This document shows, piece after piece, positions 25,434 to 33,293 of a stretch of 34,340 nt of DNA; position 1 is the first letter of the stretch, and every line of letters begins with the position of its first letter. The stretch covers positions 1 through 34,340 of IMG/VR virus record IMGVR_UViG_3300032330_001086; one strand, 5' to 3'. Under the pieces are notes generated by a model that did no database searches, had not been told where the DNA came from, and worked only from the letters and a program-made list of their open reading frames with translations. Source of the stretch: a virus. Taxonomy: Duplodnaviria > Caudoviricetes. Made by a program: the position numbers and the translations under genes.

Positions 25434-27461
25434 TTAGTAGTTGGCCTGCAGTATCTTCTGTTGCACACTGACTGAATTTCGCATGATATTGACCAATTCA
25501 TCAAGTTTGTCTAGCGTGTCACGGCTTGAGGAACTGCCCATGTCTTTTAGCATGTCTGCAATTGAGCTGTAGGAATCGGACTTGGGCTGGATGCTCAGTC
25601 GCTCGTCTCCGTGCATGACAATGTTGGGACGATAGCCACTTTGAGGACCACTCAACAAACCACTGAACCCATTTCTTGCTGAAATTTCAGCATGAAAGTG
25701 TGGACCTGTGCCACCGCGATTTTGACTGTACTCATCAATCACGTTGCTAAAGCCCAAGCTCTTGGCAAATTGCACAACCGTGGCTGCAAATTCTGGTGTG
25801 GTAGGATACTTTTCTCTATCACTAAAACTAAAATCCACAGCACGATTTTTGGTGTGTGCACTGTTGGGTCGTTCACGCTGATGGAACACATCATTGAATG
25901 CAGTAAATCTTGCGTCGGGATATTCTCGCTGTATGGCTTCAGCCAACGCCACCAGTCGTTCGTTGGTAGTGCCACCTGCACTAGATCCGGTATTAAGTTT
26001 TGCAACTCGCTGATTTAGATCTCCACCAGCTGCAGCAGGACCTGCACCAGCTGCTGCACTTGGGGCCGGTGCGGCTCCCGTAGCTCCACCTGGTGCCGTG
26101 TAAATTCCGCCTTGAATTGGGGTCGGTCCTGCAACACCCCCCACAGCGCGTACCGCGTTGGCCTGTGTTTGCGCTATCTTGAGACTTTGATCTACTACCA
26201 ATGGCAGTGCTCTGGCTCCAAATGCCTGCATTGCTCTGTTGAGTCGCTCAAATTCCTTGGTTGACTGTGCCACTTGAGAATTGAGAGCGTTGTAACCTTC
26301 TTGACCTTTGGCGGCAATGGCTTTGTTGCGTTCAGCTTCAACATCGGCCTGTTTTATTTCTTGCTGCTTGGTAAAATCAGATAGTGTGGCATAAGATATG
26401 AATTGACTTTCACCATCACCCACTGCCTTGGCATAACTGCGTTGCACACCGATGTTGTCCTTCATGGCATCGCGCAGTTCATTCTGTGCTGTTAGGGCGT
26501 CAATCTGGCCGTTGGTCAGTCGATCCATGATTTCGGCAGCTCGGCTTCCAGATGATTTAAAAACTTTTTGTGCTTCTACTGAAGTAGTATTACCACTGGC
26601 CAGATCTCGTACTCCTTTGGCCAAAGCAGGATCTTTAAACTGACTAAGAGTTGTACTCAAGGCTTCTAACTGTTGAGCCTCTTTGACTTTGCCCTGCGCC
26701 ACAAGGTCATCCAGTGTGGCTCTGAATTGTGATTCGTTGCGAGACGCAGCCTGTTGATCTTCAATCTGCTTGCGACTCATACCAGTTACACGACTCAACT
26801 CATCCAACTGGAACATGTAGTCTCTGGCACCCTTGGCCAGGTCAGCATTGGTTTTGTTTTGCGTAAGACCCAGCTGTGCCATGCGACCTACATAGGCAGC
26901 GGTGGCTTCGCCCATGCTGTCGGCATTGTAGCCTATGAGTCTGAGTTTATCAAATTCCTTGTCGGCAGCTACTACCTGGCCTGTGATGTCGGCAAAGGCG
27001 TCAGCACCTTTGCCCACTGTTCCTGCAAATCTTCCCAATGCCCCTGCGTTGGCAGCCACAGTGCGACTGTATCCTTCCAGGGTCATTCCTGACTTTTGGA
27101 AGTTTTCGTTTAGTCCTGATAGTCCTTTGGCGCCAAGCGCACCAATTTGACTGAGTTGCGTAAAACTTGTGGTCAGTGCATCAGTCTGTTGTGTCAATAC
27201 CCCCAACGCACCACTGTACAATTTCATTGATTGAGAGGTTTGGCCTAAAGTAGCCTGTAACACTCTTATTTGAGTGCCAAACCCCACTGCACTGTTGGTC
27301 ATTTGGCTGGTGATTGTTTGTCCAGCTGCACTGGCTCGATAACCAAAATCTCTTAGACTACGATCAAAACTGGCCAAACTACCGCGATTGACTCGGTCCA
27401 GGTTGTCCTGTAACTCGCGTAGCGCGGCATTTGTGCGTTCGACATCAATATTTTCAGCCAT
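25434..27461 (-). CDS. Tape-measure / baseplate hub-like protein with C-terminal M15-type (LAS) metallopeptidase domain
   Basis: Ala/Gln-rich helical body, A/G/P linker, then SAHTKNRAVDF...GPHFHAE (H-x6-D...H-x-H), followed by G...GP.SGY....HGDE. Confidence 0.72.
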   Translation of the reverse strand: MAENIDVERTNAALRELQDNLDRVNRGSLASFDRSLRDFGYRASAAGQTITSQMTNSAVGFGTQIRVLQATLGQTSQSMKLYSGALGVLTQQTDALTTSFTQLSQIGALGAKGLSGLNENFQKSGMTLEGYSRTVAANAGALGRFAGTVGKGADAFADITGQVVAADKEFDKLRLIGYNADSMGEATAAYVGRMAQLGLTQNKTNADLAKGARDYMFQLDELSRVTGMSRKQIEDQQAASRNESQFRATLDDLVAQGKVKEAQQLEALSTTLSQFKDPALAKGVRDLASGNTTSVEAQKVFKSSGSRAAEIMDRLTNGQIDALTAQNELRDAMKDNIGVQRSYAKAVGDGESQFISYATLSDFTKQQEIKQADVEAERNKAIAAKGQEGYNALNSQVAQSTKEFERLNRAMQAFGARALPLVVDQSLKIAQTQANAVRAVGGVAGPTPIQGGIYTAPGGATGAAPAPSAAAGAGPAAAGGDLNQRVAKLNTGSSAGGTTNERLVALAEAIQREYPDARFTAFNDVFHQRERPNSAHTKNRAVDFSFSDREKYPTTPEFAATVVQFAKSLGFSNVIDEYSQNRGGTGPHFHAEISARNGFSGLLSGPQSGYRPNIVMHGDERLSIQPKSDSYSSIADMLKDMGSSSSRDTLDKLDELVNIMRNSVSVQQKILQANY

Positions 27462-27473
27462 GTTTTATGCCCA

Positions 27474-27497
27474 TAAGTAAGAGTGCAACAATATTTA
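27474..27497. promoter_or_regulatory. Face-to-face late promoters of the divergent gp26 and tape-measure genes
   Basis: CATAAGTA on plus (27474-27479) and CATAAATA on minus (27492-27497) in a 47-nt intergenic gap. Confidence 0.55.
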
Positions 27498-27508
27498 TGG
27501 TGGTCTAA

Positions 27509-28351
27509 ATGCAGTCAAACTCCAATCCCTTACGCAAACATTTTCGTCAACCCAGCATCTACATCAAGCTGCCCAGTGGTGGCAAGTACTATCCTCAGGG
27601 TGCAGTAAACATTCCACCCAACGGTGAACTGCCAGTATTTCCCATGACAGCCTTGGATGAAATCAGCAGCCGCACACCAGATGCCTTGTTCAACGGATCA
27701 GCTGTGGTGGACATAATTCGCAGTTGTGTGCCTAACATCCTGGATCCCTGGCAGGTTCCTGCTATAGATCTCAACACGCTGTTTGTGGCCATGCGTGTGG
27801 CCAGTTACGGTCACAACATGGAAATCAACACCACTTGTCCTAAATGTGGACATGAACATCAGTTTGATTTGGATCTTAGAGTGGTACTCGACACGCTGAA
27901 ATCCCCGGACTATAATAGATCATTACAAGTAGGTGATTTGACTTTGTACTTTGTACCACTTAGCTACCAAACCATTAATGATATCAGTCGCAAGCAATTT
28001 GAAGATCAAAAGATCACCAGTGTGATCAATCAAAGCGATTTGAGTGATGAAGAAAAAATGTCTAGACTAGGCGAAGCATACAAACGCATAACACAATTGA
28101 CTTTTATGAGCATGGCGCGCAGCATTTCAGCTATCAAAACAGCCGATGCCATGGTCACCGAGTCTGAACACATTTATGAATTTGTCATTAATTGCACCAA
28201 AGCTCAATTTGAAACCATTAGAGATTTTGTAATCAATCTGAGATCAGTGGCCGAATTGCAACCTTTGGACATCACTTGCTCCAACTGCTCAAATCAATAC
28301 AAACAAGAGTTTACGTTGGACATGACAAATTTTTTCGAAACCAACTCCTAG
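27509..28351 (+). CDS. gp26: Baseplate hub assembly protein gp26-like
   Basis: YIKLPS.G, PMTA.DE, SCVP, D......MR.AS.G, CPKC and CSNC pairs, ending in NFF. Confidence 0.8.
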   Translation: MQSNSNPLRKHFRQPSIYIKLPSGGKYYPQGAVNIPPNGELPVFPMTALDEISSRTPDALFNGSAVVDIIRSCVPNILDPWQVPAIDLNTLFVAMRVASYGHNMEINTTCPKCGHEHQFDLDLRVVLDTLKSPDYNRSLQVGDLTLYFVPLSYQTINDISRKQFEDQKITSVINQSDLSDEEKMSRLGEAYKRITQLTFMSMARSISAIKTADAMVTESEHIYEFVINCTKAQFETIRDFVINLRSVAELQPLDITCSNCSNQYKQEFTLDMTNFFETNS

Positions 28352-28566
28352 TCTCGGACTCTGACCAAATTTCCAAACTAGTTGAAGGTATGGAAAAAGA
28401 AACTGCTGGTATTAAAAAGGAGGTTTTGAAATCCTGTTGGTACATGCGTGGCGGCGTCACTTACGACGAAGCCATGCAGATGAGTCATAGTGAACGCGCC
28501 GCTATCAGTGAGATCATTAACGAAAATCTAGAAACCACTAAAAAATCCGGATTACCGTTCTTCTAA
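28330..28566 (+). CDS. Small gp51-like baseplate / tail assembly ORF in the -1 frame of gp26 (in-frame ATG at 28390)
   Basis: WYMRGGVTYDEAMQMSHSER...I..NLE pattern typical of second tail-chaperone ORFs. Open through the slippery site at 28327-28336. Confidence 0.65.
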   Translation, partial: FFRNQLLVSDSDQISKLVEGMEKETAGIKKEVLKSCWYMRGGVTYDEAMQMSHSERAAISEIINENLETTKKSGLPFF

Positions 28567-29066
28567 TGGATCTAGCACAAGTCACCCGAGATATAGAATC
28601 TTGGATTAAAAATTTTGTAGAAGTGCCACACCCAGCCATGGGTGGTTGGGCGCCTTGTCCCTATGCACGCCGTGCTAGACTGGATCGAGACTTTGAAGTT
28701 AGATTGGGTCAACACTTGGCTGATGATTTGCTGACCATCAGCAGTGCACCACTACTAAAAAGTGTTGTGATTCTAGTGTATGATGCTAATGCATACCCTT
28801 GCGATCAATTCCATGCCACAGTGGATCAAGCCAATCAACAGCACTTGGTGCCCAGAGACCTCATTGCCTTGGAAGATCATCCCCGAGATCCAGAAGTTGT
28901 AAATGGCGTTGTAATGAATCAAGGTACCTACGCATTGGTACTGATACAAAATCTCATTGACTTGAATGCCAAGGCCAAGCAGATTGCAGGCCAAGGATTC
29001 TACCACAACTGGCCCGAGCAATACCTTGAAGCACTGTTCAAACACCGGCAGGATCCTCGACTGTGA
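28566..29066 (+). CDS. DUF1415-like protein
   Basis: W...FV.........PCPYA near the N-terminus and DHP mid-protein. Coupled via TAATG. Confidence 0.6.
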   Translation: MDLAQVTRDIESWIKNFVEVPHPAMGGWAPCPYARRARLDRDFEVRLGQHLADDLLTISSAPLLKSVVILVYDANAYPCDQFHATVDQANQQHLVPRDLIALEDHPRDPEVVNGVVMNQGTYALVLIQNLIDLNAKAKQIAGQGFYHNWPEQYLEALFKHRQDPRL

Positions 29067-29503
29067 CCTATCAGTTTGCTAGAATAGACTTGTCTAAGAC
29101 CAATTACCGACCCACTGTGGAATATCGCTATCTCTTGGCTACCACGGAACAAATAAAGGTCTTGAATGAAATCTATCGTACTTACTGCATCTACAAACAC
29201 TTTGCCAGCGTGATGCCCATATTCCCAAGTCGCTATACCGATCCCATGACTGACATACTTGGATACTTTGATCAAGGTCACATGGTTGCGTTTAGTTTGA
29301 TGCGGCGCTACGATGAAAAGAATGCCGAATGTGCACAGTTTGCTTGGACCTATCACAATCCCAAGTTAAGTTTGGGTATTGAAACACTCAAAACCGAGTG
29401 TGCAATCTACAAAGCACGTGGTTTTGAATTTTTGTATCTTGAACAAGCACACTTGTACAAGTCAAAAATAGATGGATTTGAAATTTTGGGACCTATGACA
29501 TAA
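29063..29503 (+). CDS. GNAT-fold protein resembling the C-terminal domain of arginyl-tRNA-protein transferase (ATE/Bpt)
   Basis: G.MVAFS, QFAW.Y..PKLSLG..TL..EC...K.RGF.FLYL, YK...GFEIL. GTG start overlaps the upstream TGA. Confidence 0.6.
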   Translation: MTYQFARIDLSKTNYRPTVEYRYLLATTEQIKVLNEIYRTYCIYKHFASVMPIFPSRYTDPMTDILGYFDQGHMVAFSLMRRYDEKNAECAQFAWTYHNPKLSLGIETLKTECAIYKARGFEFLYLEQAHLYKSKIDGFEILGPMT

Positions 29504-29835
29504 TGGACATTTATACTATTTGGGCAGACAAACAGGGCGATATCTCGGACCTTGACTGGGTCAATAACATGAAGCAGTTTTTTGATCATTTGGTCAGTGA
29601 GGGTAAAATGGAAACCTACAGAATTACTCGTTGCAAAATGGGTTTTAGATCCATAGCTGACATGCCAGAGTGGATGATACTGATGGAATTTAAAGACATG
29701 GCACAAATGGATTCGGCATTTCGTCGTGTTGCACCACTCAAAGGTGAACTCGAAGACAAACACAAAAGTTTCAATCAATTTGTAAGTGGAAACATTCAAC
29801 ACGCACTCTTCAGAGATTTTCCGGATACGTTCTAA
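29503..29835 (+). CDS. DUF6614-like small alpha/beta protein
   Basis: Y.IW......SDLDW...M..F..HL..EG....YRITR.K.GF.....PEW.I..EF..MAQ.D.AF..V. Confidence 0.55.
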   Translation: MDIYTIWADKQGDISDLDWVNNMKQFFDHLVSEGKMETYRITRCKMGFRSIADMPEWMILMEFKDMAQMDSAFRRVAPLKGELEDKHKSFNQFVSGNIQHALFRDFPDTF

Positions 29836-30206
29836 GACCTACTTCGTAAGTCTATTGATTCGCTTACGCTCATCAATTGTTTTGTTTTTCAGTATCATCT
29901 AGATTTTGTGGTCATACTTGCCCGTTGCCGGGCAAGTACTGCATCATCTGAGTTCGAGCAGTCATCAGTAAAAGAGATTTGTGTTGTCACAGCGGAGGCG
30001 GTTGTGCGGTACCCCCTACTCTAGCCTTGTCTCACAACGGAGCGTGTGTAATCCCTACTGACGAAATTGCACACGGTGTGGTTGTATCTGGTTCACAGAG
30101 CCACATCATTTGAGCCTAAGTTGGTTCTAATCTTTGACGCCCAAGATCTGACGGCCAATCAAATGGCAGCCTCAATGGGGTTAGGCCACTATGCCTAACA
30201 CGGAGT
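29835..30206 (-). ncRNA. Candidate large structured ncRNA or replication-origin element (~370 nt)
   Basis: Only long ORF-free gap in the window. At least eight helices, a 10-bp perfect stem with minus-strand GCAA tetraloop, and a 7-nt loop with a distal complement. Confidence 0.6.
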
Positions 30207-30722
30207 CTATGCGCAGAGACTTTTTACAGTGTCTGCATTGAGCTCCCAAAACAGGTCATGATCCATGACAAACCAGTGTCCGTGTTTTTGAGAAGCGTAG
30301 TTGAAATGCCTGGTAAAAAAGAAATTAGTATGATTGGGTTGTGATTGTACTGCGATGAAGGTGCCTTTGCGATTGAATTTCATGAACAAGATGTTGAAGT
30401 CCTCGGGATCCGCAACATCCATACACTGATCAATCCATGACTCTAAGATTTTGATATTGCCTTGAAATAACTGATGAAAGGGGAAGTCTTTGTAGCTTTT
30501 GCATTCTGCGTTGAATTTGGGAAAACTTTGACCTGGCACAATGTCGCCTTTGAAAGCACGAATTTGTCCTTCGTGTAACACCTGCTTACGGGCTGTATTT
30601 ACTCCGCCCACATAGGCCCCGGACCCTGGTGCACGGATAAATTTTTCACCGTATAACCGGGTTAAAAAATCCGCTGTTTGACGCTCAAAACTGTTGCCTT
30701 TGGCTTTGCTTGGACTGGGCAT
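30207..30722 (-). CDS. PD-(D/E)xK Holliday junction resolvase-like nuclease
   Basis: SKAKGNSFER..A.FL, F.R.PGSGA, GDIV, ECKSY, W..Q. Confidence 0.8.
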   Translation of the reverse strand: MPSPSKAKGNSFERQTADFLTRLYGEKFIRAPGSGAYVGGVNTARKQVLHEGQIRAFKGDIVPGQSFPKFNAECKSYKDFPFHQLFQGNIKILESWIDQCMDVADPEDFNILFMKFNRKGTFIAVQSQPNHTNFFFTRHFNYASQKHGHWFVMDHDLFWELNADTVKSLCA

Positions 30723-30734
30723 ATGGACTTTTAA

Positions 30735-31319
30735 TTAGCCTGCGTAATTGAGATTGCAATATAATGTGATTTGTTCTATCACAGTATTTGGGTGTGTTGA
30801 CACAGCAAATCTAATAAAATTTCCCACATCCGGTAGCTGTATTCCGTTGCCGGTCCAGGTAGATCTGCTGCGACTTAGTTCGGTATCTAATCTGTCCAAG
30901 CTGATCAAACAGGTTCTAAAACACACATAGCCATCTTTGAAGGCGCGTGTGCCTTGCGCACTGGCATGTTCCAGTGCTGCTTTGCTGACTCTGTAGGTTT
31001 CAAATCTGGGTTCTGGTGCCACTATATTTTTGGCACCAATGCTGCCAATGTTAAAAATATATCCCTGTTTGTTGTGCTGTTGCCACTGATCGTACACAGC
31101 AAAGTACAGTTGACTTTGAGCAAAGTTAGCCCAGGACTCCTGTGGAGGACCATCAAAGGCATTGTTCACAAACACATCGTATTGCAAACTCATCTCGGCA
31201 ATAGCTTTAACCTGTGTTGTAATGTCCAAACCTGTGGACCTGCTGGCAGTGTCAGCATCAAATGCCTGCACAATATGAGCACCCAGTCCACGATTGCCTC
31301 CTGTTACTAGTACTTTCAT
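30735..31319 (-). CDS. Short-chain dehydrogenase/reductase
   Basis: VLVTGGNRGLG, DVFVNNA, NIGS, YRVSK catalytic motif. Confidence 0.9.
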   Translation of the reverse strand: MKVLVTGGNRGLGAHIVQAFDADTASRSTGLDITTQVKAIAEMSLQYDVFVNNAFDGPPQESWANFAQSQLYFAVYDQWQQHNKQGYIFNIGSIGAKNIVAPEPRFETYRVSKAALEHASAQGTRAFKDGYVCFRTCLISLDRLDTELSRSRSTWTGNGIQLPDVGNFIRFAVSTHPNTVIEQITLYCNLNYAG

Positions 31320-32431
31320 CTTGTACTACCTCCTTGATCCCATACCTTGGTTAGTCGGCTGCCACAGGTCATGGCGCACTCAAACAATCTATTTTTGTTG
31401 TTCCATGAATCTAGTAGATCTTGCCAAAACTTGTTGGCAAATATGTTTTTTAAACTATGATTTTTAATATTCAAATTATCCAGACCATAGGTTTCTAAAA
31501 ATGCTCGCACTTGATTTCTCCCGTTGATTGAACTTAATTTGTTTGCTCCAGGCAATACTTCACTGTAAAATCTTGCGTCGTATAAGTTGTGATTGAAAAA
31601 ATTACAAGGCAAAACCACTCCTTGGACATTGATTGCTACCTTTTTACCTATCAGTGCATCACATCGAATTTCTGTGGTATCAAAATAATCTTGTAGGGCA
31701 TTGTATTCTTTTTTTAATTCTGGCAAATAAACCATGCTACGATTGCGATAGCGATCGTCAGTGGGAGGTTCAATAAAATATTCAGTATTGCCTTGTCGAT
31801 CAACCACTGGCCAAGCTGACATTTCTTCCACAGTGGCGTGATTAAAAAATCTACCTGTTTTGCGAATCAAACAGTTGTGAAATTTCATTGCGGTTGCCCG
31901 TTGTTGTACTTCTTCTACTTGATGTTGATTGTGTTTAAAAACAATGAAATTCCATTGAGCTCGACCGCCTGCGTTGATAAAACTTTGTGCGTTTTCAATC
32001 ACACGATGATAGTCGCAATTTTTTCTATATAAATGTAAGGTATCTTCGAGCCCATCAATCCCAAAGTCAATTTGACCATACCCATTCATGATCCTAGCAA
32101 TTTCTGCCCAATATTGTGATTGATGCGCAGCTCCATTTGTGTGAATGTATAGCCATAATGTGCTATTTTTGTTTCTAAAGTCTCTTAAGATGTCTAAAAA
32201 ATCAGGATGCATAACTGGATCGCCATAACTTCCGCAAAAGAAAATCTGGCGTAATCTGCCACATAGCTCGGTGTTAAACGCATGGTCAATTACAGATCTT
32301 GACAAATGAGTCAATGGCATAAAAGGATTGATACCATGACCGTTTATGTTTCTTGGGCATTGTGGACAAGCCGCATTGCAGTATGAGGTTATTTCTATTT
32401 GGTATTCATTGATACAGGCGTAATCAAACAT
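31316..32431 (-). CDS. Radical SAM enzyme with twitch/SPASM-like auxiliary cysteines
   Basis: CNAACPQC, GSYGDP, HTNG, FGIDGL, C...G.VLPC, C...C at the C-terminus. Confidence 0.92.
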   Translation of the reverse strand: MFDYACINEYQIEITSYCNAACPQCPRNINGHGINPFMPLTHLSRSVIDHAFNTELCGRLRQIFFCGSYGDPVMHPDFLDILRDFRNKNSTLWLYIHTNGAAHQSQYWAEIARIMNGYGQIDFGIDGLEDTLHLYRKNCDYHRVIENAQSFINAGGRAQWNFIVFKHNQHQVEEVQQRATAMKFHNCLIRKTGRFFNHATVEEMSAWPVVDRQGNTEYFIEPPTDDRYRNRSMVYLPELKKEYNALQDYFDTTEIRCDALIGKKVAINVQGVVLPCNFFNHNLYDARFYSEVLPGANKLSSINGRNQVRAFLETYGLDNLNIKNHSLKNIFANKFWQDLLDSWNNKNRLFECAMTCGSRLTKVWDQGGSTR

Positions 32432-33293
32432 TTAGCTCAACCTCGCGCTGCCATTGATTGGTAAAACTGCTGCCTTGATTACTACTTTTACAAATTTTAC
32501 TACACACAGAATTTGGATCAGTGTTCCAAGAAAGTTGTATTTTTTCAAAATCACTTTCAAAATCGCTTTGCCTACTGCCCAACCAACAGCAAGGACTTGC
32601 ACGGCCCTGAGCATCAATATACATACTTTGTTCATCAAGAGCACGACATTTGATTTGGCCTTGTGTGACCTGTGGCAATTGATAACCACGAGGGGCTTGC
32701 AATCGCACAGTGAATGGTCGTTTGCTGACTTTGACTCTGAACCACTTGAACCCCATGTCACGAGCTAGTTGCTCACACTGATCCACTTGATGCTGGTTGT
32801 GTTTGTACACCAACATGTCCCAATGTGCAGATCCTCCTGCTAGAATAAATGCTTCTGCATTGGCCATGAGTCTGGACCATTTCACGCCCTCTCGATACAC
32901 ACTGTTGGTATCTTCTAGACCATCAATACTGAAAACCACATAGTCGTGTGATTTGTTAAACAGTTGTCCTATGGCATGCCACCAAAAGGTTGTTTGCAAA
33001 GCACCGTTGGTATTCATACCCAAAATAATGTTAGGATTGAGTTGTCTAATCCATTGATATATGTCTAGTGTGTATTTGCCAGCAGCTGGGTCACCATAGT
33101 TACCGCACATGAACATTTTGTCTAGTTGTCGGATTTGTTCTTCTGAAATATGTTTCAAAATTTGCACGGGCGTGAGATGATGTTTTTGATGTTTGTTGAA
33201 TTCAACATCAGTTTCTCTGGCACATAGAGCACAGACAGCTTGGCACACATCTGTGGGTTCTAGATGCAATACTTTGATGTCACGCAAGGTCAA
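32424..33293 (-). CDS. Radical SAM enzyme with twitch/SPASM-like auxiliary cysteines
   Basis: CQAVCALC, GNYGDP, NTNG, FSIDGL, C...YIDAQG..SPCCW, CSKIC. Start uncertain (TTG at 33293 or 33287), overlapping the gp46 stop. Confidence 0.9.
   Translation of the reverse strand: MTLRDIKVLHLEPTDVCQAVCALCARETDVEFNKHQKHHLTPVQILKHISEEQIRQLDKMFMCGNYGDPAAGKYTLDIYQWIRQLNPNIILGMNTNGALQTTFWWHAIGQLFNKSHDYVVFSIDGLEDTNSVYREGVKWSRLMANAEAFILAGGSAHWDMLVYKHNQHQVDQCEQLARDMGFKWFRVKVSKRPFTVRLQAPRGYQLPQVTQGQIKCRALDEQSMYIDAQGRASPCCWLGSRQSDFESDFEKIQLSWNTDPNSVCSKICKSSNQGSSFTNQWQREVELNV

Noticed and set aside
26020-26100. GC-rich low-complexity repeats (also 23610-23720 and 410-510)
   Set aside because: They encode Ala/Gly/Pro linkers within proteins and are not DNA repeat elements
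28276-28329. TTG start at 28276 for the gp51-like ORF
   Set aside because: Lies inside gp26 with no SD. Frameshift entry or ATG 28390 is more plausible.
29835-30206. tRNA, tmRNA, CRISPR array, group I/II intron or retron interpretation of the non-coding gap
   Set aside because: No cloverleaf with T-loop, no repeat-spacer periodicity, no recognisable intron core or interrupted gene, and no reverse transcriptase in the window
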